From: Blastocatellia bacterium | GTDB taxonomy: Bacteria; Acidobacteriota; Blastocatellia; UBA7656 | Length of the DNA: 64,000 nt | Assembly (NCBI GenBank): GCA_963765495.1 | Contig: CAVXWP010000008.1 | Coordinates: 704,001 to 768,000 of the forward strand | Reading direction: 5' to 3' | Shown here: piece by piece, positions 37,651-46,955 of the stretch | Position numbering within the stretch: position 1 is the stretch's first letter | Layout: every line of letters starts with the position of its first letter | Translations under genes and position numbers: made by a program | The notes under the pieces: generated by a model | Database searches by the model: none | The model's input: the letters and a program-made list of their open reading frames with translations, nothing else | Told to the model about the DNA's origin: nothing

Positions 37651-38613
37651 TCATCGCACCCTGATATATTCAGGGCTTATCGAACGAACCTGTACCTTGT
37701 CCTGAAACCTCGATAGAGAAACTCTTGGGGAGATTTCGTGCCATCTGTCCGAGCTTCCAGGGTAATCAACAGTGGCAATGATATCGTCGCTTGTGAGCCG
37801 GTCAACCCCGGATTGTGCGCCGTATACCTTCACATTTATGAATCTTGGAACAATCCTGGCCGAAGACGGGCCGCCATTTAGAGTGACAAGAACATTTTCT
37901 ATAGTGCGTTCCTTTTGCGCCTCGCGGATGTCTACATTCAACTGCACTTTGCGATGTATCTCATCGCTGATATTCACGTTTGGAGAGCCTATATCGATTG
38001 CAACATTCTGGCTGAAACCCTGTGTCCTTCCTTCGAGGCTGACCGTCTCGGTCGTTACCATAATGATGTCCTTCACCTGACTTTGCGCCCCAAAAATGCG
38101 TACGCTCGGAGGTTGAATAGACCAGGTATATTCATAGCCGGGTGGCAATTCCCCTGCAAAACGAGGCACAACCGCAACCTCGCGTTCAACCACGTTTTCG
38201 ACAGTGATGCGTATATTGCGCGGGTCTACGCTTGCCTCTTTTATGCTGGCCGGTAGCCGTGTGCGCTCGAGTCTTAAGGGGATGACACGGACACCCGGTT
38301 CAATTCCGGAAAGATCTGCCAGTACATTCAAATCACTGGCGCGAACCGAATCGAGCACATCGCGAGGCCCTCGCATATAAATTCTGGCGTATGGATTGTC
38401 GGCATTGGTGACTGTCATTACGCGAGGATCGGGCACATTGCGGAATTCGATAGGCACATTCGGAACGGTGATCTGACCGACCGGGCGCGAGGCTACAGAC
38501 AACCACAGGACGGCAGTAATGAAAAGCGCCAGTACCTTCAAGCCGGTATTCTCTAGAACATAATCACGCGCATATTCAGACAGCTGATTCCGATATTGGC
38601 GCATCTTATCCAT
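37651..38613 (-). CDS. cdaR: CdaR (YbbR-domain) regulator of diadenylate cyclase
   Basis: EN..LKVLAL...LW TM followed by three YbbR-like repeats. Located between cdaA and glmM. Confidence 0.88.
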   Translation of the reverse strand: MDKMRQYRNQLSEYARDYVLENTGLKVLALFITAVLWLSVASRPVGQITVPNVPIEFRNVPDPRVMTVTNADNPYARIYMRGPRDVLDSVRASDLNVLADLSGIEPGVRVIPLRLERTRLPASIKEASVDPRNIRITVENVVEREVAVVPRFAGELPPGYEYTWSIQPPSVRIFGAQSQVKDIIMVTTETVSLEGRTQGFSQNVAIDIGSPNVNISDEIHRKVQLNVDIREAQKERTIENVLVTLNGGPSSARIVPRFINVKVYGAQSGVDRLTSDDIIATVDYPGSSDRWHEISPRVSLSRFQDKVQVRSISPEYIRVR

Positions 38614-38623
38614 CTTAAATCGG

Positions 38624-39505
38624 CTACTTCACATAGGTTTCGGTTATCCGTTCGCTAGAAGCATCTGAGGCAGGTTTTCCCACCCGGCGGGGGGGTCGCT
38701 TCGGCCTCACTACTTCACGGAATGAGCGGATGGGATCGATTGCATCCCTGATAAGCTCACGCAGGCGCGAACTGTTCAAATATCGCGTGATCTCGCCCTT
38801 CTCGACAAAGGAGATCACGCCGGTTTCTTCGCTCACAACCACTGCCACAGCGTCCGTATCTTCGGTGACACCGATTGCCGCCCTGTGACGGGTTCCTAGC
38901 TCTTTTGAAAGTTTCGGATTCAGCGTTAGAGGAAGGAAGCAACTCGCAGCCGCCAACTTATAATCACGGACAATAACCGCACCGTCGTGCAGGGGCGTGT
39001 GCGTGTCGAAAATGGTCACGAGCAGATCGTATGACAGGCTGGCCCCGAGCGCCACGCCCGTATCGATGTAGTTTTGCAGCCCTACATTTCTCTCTAAAAC
39101 AATCAGCGCCCCGATTCTGCGCGAGGAGAGGGTCATCGCGGCAAGCACTATCTCGTCATACGCCTCGTGACCCAGTTTTGAGCGACCGAATCTTAACGGG
39201 CTTCTCAAATTAGAGCCCACTCTCATCAAAGCGGAGCGAATTTCAGGGGCGAAAATGACCAGTATCGCAAATCCGAAATAGAGCAGCATATTTCGCATTA
39301 CGAACTGTAAAGTCTCCAGCCCGAAATAGACCGACATCTGATACAGGAGACCTACACCGAGCAGACCCATCGCCATTTGCACGGCGCGAGTCCCTCTGAC
39401 AAGCTTCAAAAGGCCATAAATGATTGCCCACACCACCAGGAAATCAACAAGGTCGGTCGGGCGAAGCTGCTCGAAGAATCTAAGCAATTCGGTCGATCGA
39501 GTCAT
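38624..39505 (-). CDS. cdaA: Diadenylate cyclase CdaA (c-di-AMP synthase)
   Basis: Three N-terminal TMs, RGTRA, GALIV.ER, catalytic LHDGA and GTRHRAA motifs, VSEETG. Confidence 0.95.
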   Translation of the reverse strand: MTRSTELLRFFEQLRPTDLVDFLVVWAIIYGLLKLVRGTRAVQMAMGLLGVGLLYQMSVYFGLETLQFVMRNMLLYFGFAILVIFAPEIRSALMRVGSNLRSPLRFGRSKLGHEAYDEIVLAAMTLSSRRIGALIVLERNVGLQNYIDTGVALGASLSYDLLVTIFDTHTPLHDGAVIVRDYKLAAASCFLPLTLNPKLSKELGTRHRAAIGVTEDTDAVAVVVSEETGVISFVEKGEITRYLNSSRLRELIRDAIDPIRSFREVVRPKRPPRRVGKPASDASSERITETYVK

Positions 39506-39735
39506 CTGGTAGTCGCTGCTCCCTGCTTTCCTCTTTACACAACCGGGTGTCGGTCAAGTCCGCCCTACTGGCTGCTTGTACCGTCATAGATGCGACATTG
39601 GTTGAAAAGTGTTGCCGCGCGAAGATACTGGTTGGCGATTTATCTTGAGAACACCGAGTCGTAAAAAACATCTCTCATCTCAATCGTATCTTAACCAGAA
39701 GCCTCCAACTTTATGGTAGCCCTCAGGTCCGGCAG

Positions 39736-39748
39736 AATCAAGTAGTTA
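39736..39748 (+). promoter_or_regulatory. IHF-type binding site
   Basis: AATCAAGTAGTTA matches WATCAANNNNTTR exactly, in the AT-rich gap upstream of a sigma54 promoter. Confidence 0.4.
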
Positions 39749-40024
39749 GCTTCGAAAGGCTCTCGTTTGAGACATTTTATGTTATTTGGACTTACAAAAT
39801 CTGTTTGGCAAGTGTAGCGCGATGATATTCAATACCCTGCTGACCGCTATAAACCCGCGCCGTAGCCAGCGGTTTGTCAAGCCACATCCATTTAAAGACT
39901 TGCAGATATGACGGATTATTGTAAGAATACACTCTAGCCTCATAGCTGTACGCTTTCGCCTCACAAGAAAAGCCCCTCGTTATACAGGCTGCCCGTTCGG
40001 CTGAGTAAAAAGACCATTAACGTA

Positions 40025-40040
40025 TGGTATGCGAATTGCT
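40025..40040 (+). promoter_or_regulatory. Sigma54 (-24/-12) promoter
   Basis: TGGTATGCGAATTGCT (GG-N10-GC), ending 47 nt upstream of a small ORF with an SD. Confidence 0.7.
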
Positions 40041-40087
40041 CCTCAAACAGGAGAAGAGCAAAAACAAATGAAAGAGGTAACAAGCTA

Positions 40088-40258
40088 ATGACGATAAGAT
40101 TAGTTAAACGAAATCAGGAAACAAAAGCCAAGAAAGAGAATATTGAGACTCCATCTCCAAACCGATTGTTGGAATCCACTCAGGCGTGGGTTGAGGAATA
40201 TAGAGCTAAGAAAGCCAGAAACAATGCAGCTCTACTGGCGATTGTAAGAAGCAATTAA
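40088..40258 (+). CDS. Small basic protein (56 aa), absent from the ORF track
   Basis: AGAGGT SD. Translates to MTIRLVKRNQETKAKKENIETPSPNRLLESTQAWVEEYRAKKARNNAALLAIVRSN. Sigma54 promoter upstream. Confidence 0.7.
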   Translation: MTIRLVKRNQETKAKKENIETPSPNRLLESTQAWVEEYRAKKARNNAALLAIVRSN

Positions 40259-40551
40259 GTAACCCGAAGCCCGGTCTATCGCTCAATATCCATCGGCACG
40301 ACCGGCGATTCAGGGAAAGTCCTTCAAGCATCTGGCTACCAGTCGCACCCTATATTTAGAATTAATCTCGCGTTTGCAATCAAACTATTTGAGGCGGATT
40401 CTGCCCAAATCGTATACCGGAGCTTTGACATTTGTAATACGTTTCCCTGAGTATGGATTCACAAAAGGGTTCAATGTGACTGTTCAGGTTGCAACAAGAC
40501 CATCAGATTGGAAAGAGCGATCCAACACGCAGTAGGCTTCAGGGGTGGGCT

Positions 40552-41784
40552 TCAGACCTTAATGCGTGTGGGGACCGCGCGCAAAACATCGAGAACGGCA
40601 TCAAGTATGCGATCCGCCGCTTCTCGCTTTGTAAGCAAGGGCAATTCAGTTTCGCCCTGAGGCGAGACAAGAATTATTCTGTTTGTATCAACATCGAACC
40701 CGGCATCGATGGCCGATACATCGTTGGCAACAATCAGGTCGGCGCTTTTTTCTACCAGCTTTTTTCGTGCATTTGAAATGACGTTTTGAGTCTCAGCCGC
40801 AAACCCGACTATAACCCGCGAGCCCTTCTCTCTTCCCACAGTTGCGAGGATGTCAGTGGTTTGTTCAAGCTCAAGGATAAATCTGTCGCCGTTCTTTTTG
40901 ATCTTCTGGTCTGCGGTTTGGACCGGGCGATAATCTGCCACAGCGGCGGCCATAATTACGACGCTTGCATCAATCAGGTTATCCATAACAGCCGAAAACA
41001 TCTCTGTCGCCGAACGCACTCTTATCACACGCGAGCCCGCTGGAGGCTCGATTGAAACAGGGCCCGTTATAAGTGTTACTTTTGCCCCTCGCCCGAGGGC
41101 CGCCTCTGCCAGCGAGTATCCCATCTTGCCCGATGACTTATTCGTTATTCCTCGCACCGGGTCTATGGCTTCATAAGTAGGGCCTGCGGTAATCAGCACA
41201 TGCTCGTTGTTGAAATCCCCTGCACTCTCTTCGGATGCGAGTCGAAGCCGGTCGCCTCCAAGCAGGTCGAAGACGCGCTCGACAATCACGGAGGGTTCGG
41301 CCAGACGCCCCGCCCCAACGGTGCGGCAGGCCAGGTAGCCTTCTTCCGGGTCAACGATTGCGACACCGCGTTCTCTGAGTCTGCGCACGTTCTCCTGTGT
41401 CGCAGGGTGCGCCCACATTTCCACGTTCATGGCGGGCGCAACCATCACTTGCGAGGTCGTTGAAATGTAGAGTGTCGAGAGAAAATCGTCCGCAATCCCG
41501 CTTGCAAACTTGGCAAGAGCATTAGCGGTCGCAGGAGCTACCAGCAGGAGATCACAGGATTGCGCTATCTGGATGTGCTTTATCTCAGGGTCGTCCGTAG
41601 GCGAAAACATGTCCGTGATGACGGGCAGACCCGAGATGGATTGAAAAGTCAGCGGGCCGACGAAATTTGTTGCGTGCCCTGTCATCACTACCTGCACCTG
41701 AGCGCCGCCCTTTTGCAGCCCGCGCAATATCTCGACGGCCTTATATGCGGCAATGCAGCCGGTGACTCCGAGCGCAACCTTCAT
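40552..41784 (-). CDS. coaBC: Phosphopantothenoylcysteine decarboxylase/ligase
   Basis: GVTGCIAAYK, APATAN, PAMN, LAC...GAGRL, TAGPT.E.IDPVR.ITN.SSGKMG, GFAAET. Confidence 0.96.
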   Translation of the reverse strand: MKVALGVTGCIAAYKAVEILRGLQKGGAQVQVVMTGHATNFVGPLTFQSISGLPVITDMFSPTDDPEIKHIQIAQSCDLLLVAPATANALAKFASGIADDFLSTLYISTTSQVMVAPAMNVEMWAHPATQENVRRLRERGVAIVDPEEGYLACRTVGAGRLAEPSVIVERVFDLLGGDRLRLASEESAGDFNNEHVLITAGPTYEAIDPVRGITNKSSGKMGYSLAEAALGRGAKVTLITGPVSIEPPAGSRVIRVRSATEMFSAVMDNLIDASVVIMAAAVADYRPVQTADQKIKKNGDRFILELEQTTDILATVGREKGSRVIVGFAAETQNVISNARKKLVEKSADLIVANDVSAIDAGFDVDTNRIILVSPQGETELPLLTKREAADRILDAVLDVLRAVPTRIKV

Positions 41785-41894
41785 GGCCTCACCTCTATAC
41801 CCTGGTATTTTGTTTCGCACAACCTTAAGAATTCATTGCAGGAGCAGCCCAAAAGGCCGCACCTTCCTGTAAGAGGGTGCCGGTATCTCTCTAT

Positions 41895-42113
41895 TTATTC
41901 TTTGACATCCTCTTCCTTCATCGTAGGCTGATATTGCACCAGCCCGCGCCGGACCTCTTCGAGGGCCACCCGCGTAGGCTTTTTGGCCAGTGATTCCAGG
42001 CGGGGCCTGGCACCTTTTTGTATCTGCTTGCTCCGCTTCGCGGCAAGCAATACCAGCCTGTACTTGCTGTCAACTTCGCTTGTCCAGCCGGGTTCATTTT
42101 TCTCATCAGGCAT
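41895..42113 (-). CDS. rpoZ: RNA polymerase omega subunit
   Basis: DSKYRLVLLAAKRSKQI, KPTRVALEE. SD GGAGGAG supports ATG 42113, overlapping the gmk stop. Confidence 0.92.
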   Translation of the reverse strand: MPDEKNEPGWTSEVDSKYRLVLLAAKRSKQIQKGARPRLESLAKKPTRVALEEVRRGLVQYQPTMKEEDVKE

Positions 42114-42789
42114 GAAGTGATTCTCCTCCAAATGTAGCAATAATCTCTTGCGCAATATGGCGCTGGCGCTCGAGGCGCTGGCGCTCCGCAATAATAATAG
42201 CCTCAAGCGCGGCAGAAGCGCGATTGATATCATCATTAATGATGACAAACTTGTAATCTTCAAAGAGCCGGACTTCGCCAACCGCGTTCTTGAGACGGTG
42301 TTCGAGGTCAGCCGGATCGTTTAGATTGCGCGCTCGAAGCCGTGACTCCAATACCTCAAGCGACGGCGGCAATATAAAGACGAAAACTGCCTCAGGCATC
42401 CTCTGTCTGATCTGCCTGGCCCCCTGCACATCCAGATCAAGGATGACATCGTCACCTTTTTGAAGGGTCTGCTCAACGATTTGAGAGGGAGTCCCGTAAT
42501 AACTTCCGTGGACCTCGGCGCACTCAAGAAACTCCCCTCTGTCAGTCATTGCCAGAAATTCCGCCTCATCTACAAAATAATAATCTACTCCATGCTTTTC
42601 GATTCCGCGAGCCTTGCGCGTAGTGCAGGATATCGAATAACGCAATCTATCAAGCCGGCCCAAAACTATTTCGACTAGCGTAGACTTGCCCGACCCGGAT
42701 GGAGCCGACACGACTATCAGGTTGCCCCGATTCGGAGGCGCGCTCCCCTGCTCGACACTTTCTTTTGAAGTAATACCCGCGCCTTTCAT
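42106..42789 (-). CDS. gmk: Guanylate kinase
   Basis: SAPSGSGKST, SISCTTR, GVDYYFV, YYGT, DVQGA, FILPPS. Confidence 0.96.
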   Translation of the reverse strand: MKGAGITSKESVEQGSAPPNRGNLIVVSAPSGSGKSTLVEIVLGRLDRLRYSISCTTRKARGIEKHGVDYYFVDEAEFLAMTDRGEFLECAEVHGSYYGTPSQIVEQTLQKGDDVILDLDVQGARQIRQRMPEAVFVFILPPSLEVLESRLRARNLNDPADLEHRLKNAVGEVRLFEDYKFVIINDDINRASAALEAIIIAERQRLERQRHIAQEIIATFGGESLHA

Positions 42790-42799
42790 ACTGTCGCCT

Positions 42800-43675
42800 T
42801 CACTCAACATTCTGGACTTGTTCCCTGATCTTTTCTACTTCGGTCTTAATAACGATGGCAGCATCGCTAATAGACAGATCGCCCGATTTCGAAAGAATCG
42901 TATTTGCCTCCCTGTTCATCTCTTGCAGGATGAAATCAAGCCGTTTGCCCATCTCCTCATCCCCGTCCAGCGAATCGCGCATCTGCGTAATATGACTCTT
43001 GAGTCTCGCAATCTCCTCGCTAATATCGCTGCGGTCCGCAAGCATCACGGCCTCCTGTGCGAGCCTGGCCTCGTCCACAGCCCCGTTTGCATTCAAATCC
43101 TGAATCCGCTTCATCAACTTCTCTCTGTAGATGCCCGGCAGTCGTTCAGCCTCCTTCTCAATAGTCGGGATATGAGCCTCGATGGCATCTAGCCGGTATT
43201 TCAACTCCTGGGCAAGCTCGTTGCCCTCTGTGATTCGCATTTCAGTCAGGGTGATAAGCGCCTCAGACATCGCGGCGATCAGGCCAGTTATCAGTTGTTC
43301 ATCCAGTTGATCAGAATCCTGAGATATCTGTATCGCCCCCGGCAGTTTCGCTATCAATTCCAGCGTCGGTTCATCCAGAAGGTTGTACTCCTGCTTTAGC
43401 TCGGAGAGCGCTGAGAAATAACCGGAAATGAGCGGGCGATTGAGGCTGAATGAGGCCTGCTTCATCTGTTCTATCGAGATGGTTACGTCTACCCGCCCGC
43501 GTTTGAGCACGGCCTGAATCTGCTTTTTGATAGTGACTTCGAGGCTTGCCAGTTCTTGCGGCAGCCGTGCGTGAATGTCGAGAAAGCGGTTATTGACGGT
43601 GCGAATATCTACCCGAACCTTGAAGGCGTCTCCGCTTGCGCTTCCCTGTCCGAACCCTGTCATACTCTTTATCAT
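42800..43675 (-). CDS. yicC: YicC/YloC family endoribonuclease
   Basis: MIKSMTGFG, VNNRFLD, DISEEIARL, GKRLDFILQEMNREANT, EKIREQVQNVE. Confidence 0.95.
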   Translation of the reverse strand: MIKSMTGFGQGSASGDAFKVRVDIRTVNNRFLDIHARLPQELASLEVTIKKQIQAVLKRGRVDVTISIEQMKQASFSLNRPLISGYFSALSELKQEYNLLDEPTLELIAKLPGAIQISQDSDQLDEQLITGLIAAMSEALITLTEMRITEGNELAQELKYRLDAIEAHIPTIEKEAERLPGIYREKLMKRIQDLNANGAVDEARLAQEAVMLADRSDISEEIARLKSHITQMRDSLDGDEEMGKRLDFILQEMNREANTILSKSGDLSISDAAIVIKTEVEKIREQVQNVE

Positions 43676-43748
43676 AAGCCTAAAACGAAGGGCAACCAGT
43701 CGGATTAAGGGTCTTTATCCCCTGATCCTATCCTTAGCCCCTGGTTCC

Positions 43749-45557
43749 TCATCCTTTCTCTTCGCCGACTGCGATCACCTCATCTGAAAATTGTAGCTCG
43801 TAAAGGTCTTTATAAATCCCGCCCCGCGCCATCAACTCATCGTGGGTACCCGAGTCTATGACACGTCCGCGCGACAGCACAACTATCTGATCGGCGCGGT
43901 GAATGGTCGTCAGCCGGTGCGCAATTACGATGGTCGTGCGCCCCTGCATGAGGTTGGAAAGCGCGTGCTGGACCAGCCTCTCAGATTGCGTATCGAGCGC
44001 CGATGTGGCCTCATCGAGAATCAGTATTGGCGCATCTTTTAAGAGCGCCCGCGCAATCGCCAGCCGCTGGCGTTCCCCTCCCGAGAGCTTTACACCACGC
44101 TCGCCAATCAACGTATCATATCCGCCACGCTCAATTATAAAGTCGTGCGCGTAGGCGGCGCGAGCGGCATCCTCTATACGGGCGCGATCAAAATCAGGCC
44201 GCCCATAGGCTATGTTGTTTATTATCGAATCGTTAAATAATATAACATCCTGCGAAACAAGCGCGATTTGAGAGCGGAGGCTAGCAAGCTTACTGTCCTG
44301 GATATTAACGCCGTCGATCAGAATTTCGCCGTCTGTGGGATCGTAAAACCGCATCAGGAGGTTTGTGATCGTAGTCTTGCCCGCGCCCGACAGTCCCACA
44401 AGCGCGACCACCTCGCCCCGTCGCACATCCAGATTGATCCCATTCAGCACCCAGTCGGATGAATCATTATACTTGAAAGAAACCTCTGAGAATTTGATCG
44501 CGTCTTTGAGCGGACCAAGTTCAATAGCATTCTCGCGGTCGCTCTTTTCGGTGTGGGTATCGAGCAGTGAATATATGCGATTTACTGCCGCAAATGATTG
44601 CTGGAAAAAATTCTGAATCCGCGAAAGCCTTCGGAGCGGGTCATACATCTGGAGCATCGCCACGATATAGGCCGCAAATGTACCGACAGTCATCGCGCCG
44701 GACTCTATCTCTTTCTTGGCATATAGGACAAAACCCGCGGCTATCAAAACACCCACAAGCTCAAGAATGGGCGATGAAAGATAGACGACTCCTGCTGCGC
44801 GGACCTGTGTTCTCGCAAGGTAAACCAGTGCCTTGCGAAAGCGACGCTGTTCGAAAGCCTCGGTTCCGAATGCCTTTACGATCCTGTGACCCGATATAGT
44901 CTCTTGCGCTATGTCGAGAACATCCTCCGTTCCCAGTTGAGTAGAGTGAGCGATGCGGCGCAGTTTGCGCCCAAAATTAACGGTCAGGAAATAGATTATC
45001 GGGCCTACGATCAAGACCGCCAGTGTCAACCGCCAGTTCAGCATGAAGACCAGGGCAAACAGAGAAATAAAGACCAGGCTTTCGCGCAACAGATCGGCCA
45101 GCAATGTTGATACAGAGGTCTGAACGCGTTCGGCATCGCTAATTATATGAGTGGTCAAAGAGTTTGTCGGATGATCGGTAAAGAACTCGCTGGATTGTTG
45201 GAGCACATGCTCATACAATCGCTGCCGGAGATCCACGACTACGCCGACGCCTATGCGCCACATCAGGATATTGGAAAGATACTCCGAAGCTCCTCGAATA
45301 AAGGTAAAAAGTACCAGCAGGAATGCGATAATAGGCAATGCGTTGGTTCCCGCCGGAAGATAGGACCGAACGTCAATCCGGGCAGCAAGACCCGTGCTTG
45401 TCGCCTGGGCCGTCGCGGGCAGTTCATCTATCATGGATTTGAGAAGCGCCGTCCGGCTCGCTTCAAAGACTCCGACAATGACCATTAGAAAAAAGGCTAC
45501 CGCAAATAGCTTCGCATAAGGCCTTACATTCTTAAGTATGATACGGAATTCTTTCAT
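43749..45557 (-). CDS. msbA: ABC exporter, lipid A flippase MsbA-like
   Basis: ABC TM domain plus NBD (GLSGAGKT, LSGGERQR, LDEATSALD). Substrate inferred. Confidence 0.8.
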   Translation of the reverse strand: MKEFRIILKNVRPYAKLFAVAFFLMVIVGVFEASRTALLKSMIDELPATAQATSTGLAARIDVRSYLPAGTNALPIIAFLLVLFTFIRGASEYLSNILMWRIGVGVVVDLRQRLYEHVLQQSSEFFTDHPTNSLTTHIISDAERVQTSVSTLLADLLRESLVFISLFALVFMLNWRLTLAVLIVGPIIYFLTVNFGRKLRRIAHSTQLGTEDVLDIAQETISGHRIVKAFGTEAFEQRRFRKALVYLARTQVRAAGVVYLSSPILELVGVLIAAGFVLYAKKEIESGAMTVGTFAAYIVAMLQMYDPLRRLSRIQNFFQQSFAAVNRIYSLLDTHTEKSDRENAIELGPLKDAIKFSEVSFKYNDSSDWVLNGINLDVRRGEVVALVGLSGAGKTTITNLLMRFYDPTDGEILIDGVNIQDSKLASLRSQIALVSQDVILFNDSIINNIAYGRPDFDRARIEDAARAAYAHDFIIERGGYDTLIGERGVKLSGGERQRLAIARALLKDAPILILDEATSALDTQSERLVQHALSNLMQGRTTIVIAHRLTTIHRADQIVVLSRGRVIDSGTHDELMARGGIYKDLYELQFSDEVIAVGEEKG

Positions 45558-45770
45558 TATGGACAGTCCGAAGGGCGCGACCGCATTTACAATATATTAT
45601 TTGACCGGTTTATTCGCGTTCTGTTTCCTTTGTTCTATCTCAGCTCGGTTTTTCCGCTTCGTATGTGTTTATCAGCAATTGTGACCTGAAAGCGACCGAG
45701 TATTGTTGCATGGGGAGTTGAAAGAGGCAAGCCGCCGCCCTCTAGGCCGTCAGATGCATCACGTTTCCAT

Positions 45771-45815
45771 GGAATTGAGTCTGTGGGAATTGAGTCTGTG
45801 GGAATTGAGTCTGCG
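45771..45815. repeat. 15-bp tandem repeat, 3 copies
   Basis: GGAATTGAGTCTGTG twice plus GGAATTGAGTCTGCG, followed by complementary CTCAATTC. Confidence 0.9.
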
Positions 45816-45832
45816 CCACCTTCCTCAATTCT

Positions 45833-46321
45833 TCACGGACCCGTTCTACCTATCTCCTGAGTGAGATGCTCTAACTTGAGGCGGTCGAGCTTTTCAATTG
45901 GTAGCGAGCAGAATAGATCAATGCGGCGTTGGAGTAGATGTGCGGTTTGCTTGAAGACTCGATATATTTCCTCATCGCTTCCTGTAGCTAGCGCGGGGTC
46001 AGGCAGTCCCCAATGGGCGATAATGGGCTGACCGGGCCAGACGGGGCAGGATTCGCGCGCGTTGTCGCAAACCGTAATTACAAAATCAAATTCTATATCC
46101 TCATACTCCTCCCAGGGCTTGCTCCGGGCATCGCCCGGGTCTATGTGATATAGCTCCTTCAACACCTTAATCGCGTAAGGATTGACTTTGCCTGTAGGGA
46201 AACTACCCGCGCTATAAACCTCGAAGCGGCCCTGACCAGTCCTCTCAAGCAGAAACTCGGCAAGAATGCTACGGGCCGAGTTGCCGGTACAGAGAAATAA
46301 AACACGCTTTCGTTCACTCAT
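45833..46321 (-). CDS. arsC: Arsenate reductase, thioredoxin-linked (LMW-PTP fold)
   Basis: CTGNSARS P-loop, TVCDNARESCP, HWGLPDP. Divergent from arsR. Confidence 0.9.
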   Translation of the reverse strand: MSERKRVLFLCTGNSARSILAEFLLERTGQGRFEVYSAGSFPTGKVNPYAIKVLKELYHIDPGDARSKPWEEYEDIEFDFVITVCDNARESCPVWPGQPIIAHWGLPDPALATGSDEEIYRVFKQTAHLLQRRIDLFCSLPIEKLDRLKLEHLTQEIGRTGP

Positions 46322-46403
46322 TCTTGTCCTCACCTTCAAGCTTGATGTTAGCCGCTCTCGATGACAATCTACTATGTAGTGTTTTCTTTAACTTTCTCCC
46401 TTT

Positions 46404-46425
46404 ACATACGTCTATCCGGATATGT
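46404..46425. promoter_or_regulatory. Candidate ArsR operator
   Basis: Imperfect inverted repeat ACATA-N12-TATGT between the divergent arsC and arsR genes. Confidence 0.4.
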
Positions 46426-46489
46426 TAGCAGTATAAAATTGCCAGTCACATAATGCAAGGCATATATGTTTTTGCTAGAATATAAAACT

Positions 46490-46891
46490 ATGAGCAAAGA
46501 GAATGGGAAATTTAGTATGGACAAGCTGCTTCGTGCTCTTGCTGATCGGACACGCCTACGCTTACTCAATCTATTAGGGGAGGACGAGGTATGTGTCTGT
46601 TTCTTCGTTGAGATACTTGGGGAGAGCCAGCCAAAAATATCGCGCCACCTGGCCTATTTGCGGCGAGCAGGAATCGTTGCAAGTCGACGTGAAGGCAAAT
46701 GGATTCACTATCGCATCGTAAATCCGCCGAATCCGCACGCTGTGAGAATTCTCAGCGAGGTTCGGGCTTGTTTGGCTGAAGATAAAGGTATGCAGCGCGA
46801 GCGCGAGCGTCTGGTGAGGGTTTTTTGTGCGCCAGATCCTCCCTTCCAACTACAAGGAGCACCCCGACCTGCGAATTATCTATCTGCCTAA
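46490..46891 (+). CDS. arsR: ArsR/SmtB metalloregulator
   Basis: ALADRTRLRLL, EVCVC metal site, SQPKISRHLAYLR, RREGKWIHY. Confidence 0.92.
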   Translation: MSKENGKFSMDKLLRALADRTRLRLLNLLGEDEVCVCFFVEILGESQPKISRHLAYLRRAGIVASRREGKWIHYRIVNPPNPHAVRILSEVRACLAEDKGMQRERERLVRVFCAPDPPFQLQGAPRPANYLSA

Positions 46892-46955
46892 CAGGCTTAT
46901 GTTGCCGTCGCCGCACGCATAGTAAGCATTGAAACGCCAATCCTTTCACGCAGTA

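Noticed and set aside
39506-40020. c-di-AMP riboswitch or other ncRNA upstream of cdaA
   Set aside because: No ydaO-type conserved blocks were recognised by eye, and the region is better explained as promoter/enhancer DNA. Not excluded without a covariance search.
41895-42281. 128-aa version of rpoZ and other long upstream extensions in the ORF track (kdsA 3158, thiolase 9118, TonB receptor 30129, ytxJ 51517, accD 61113)
   Set aside because: The extensions overlap neighbouring genes or repeats and lack family similarity. The downstream ATGs match family N-termini and mostly have SD sequences.
45771-45815. Possible CRISPR array
   Set aside because: The 15-bp units are directly adjacent with no spacers, and there are no cas genes.
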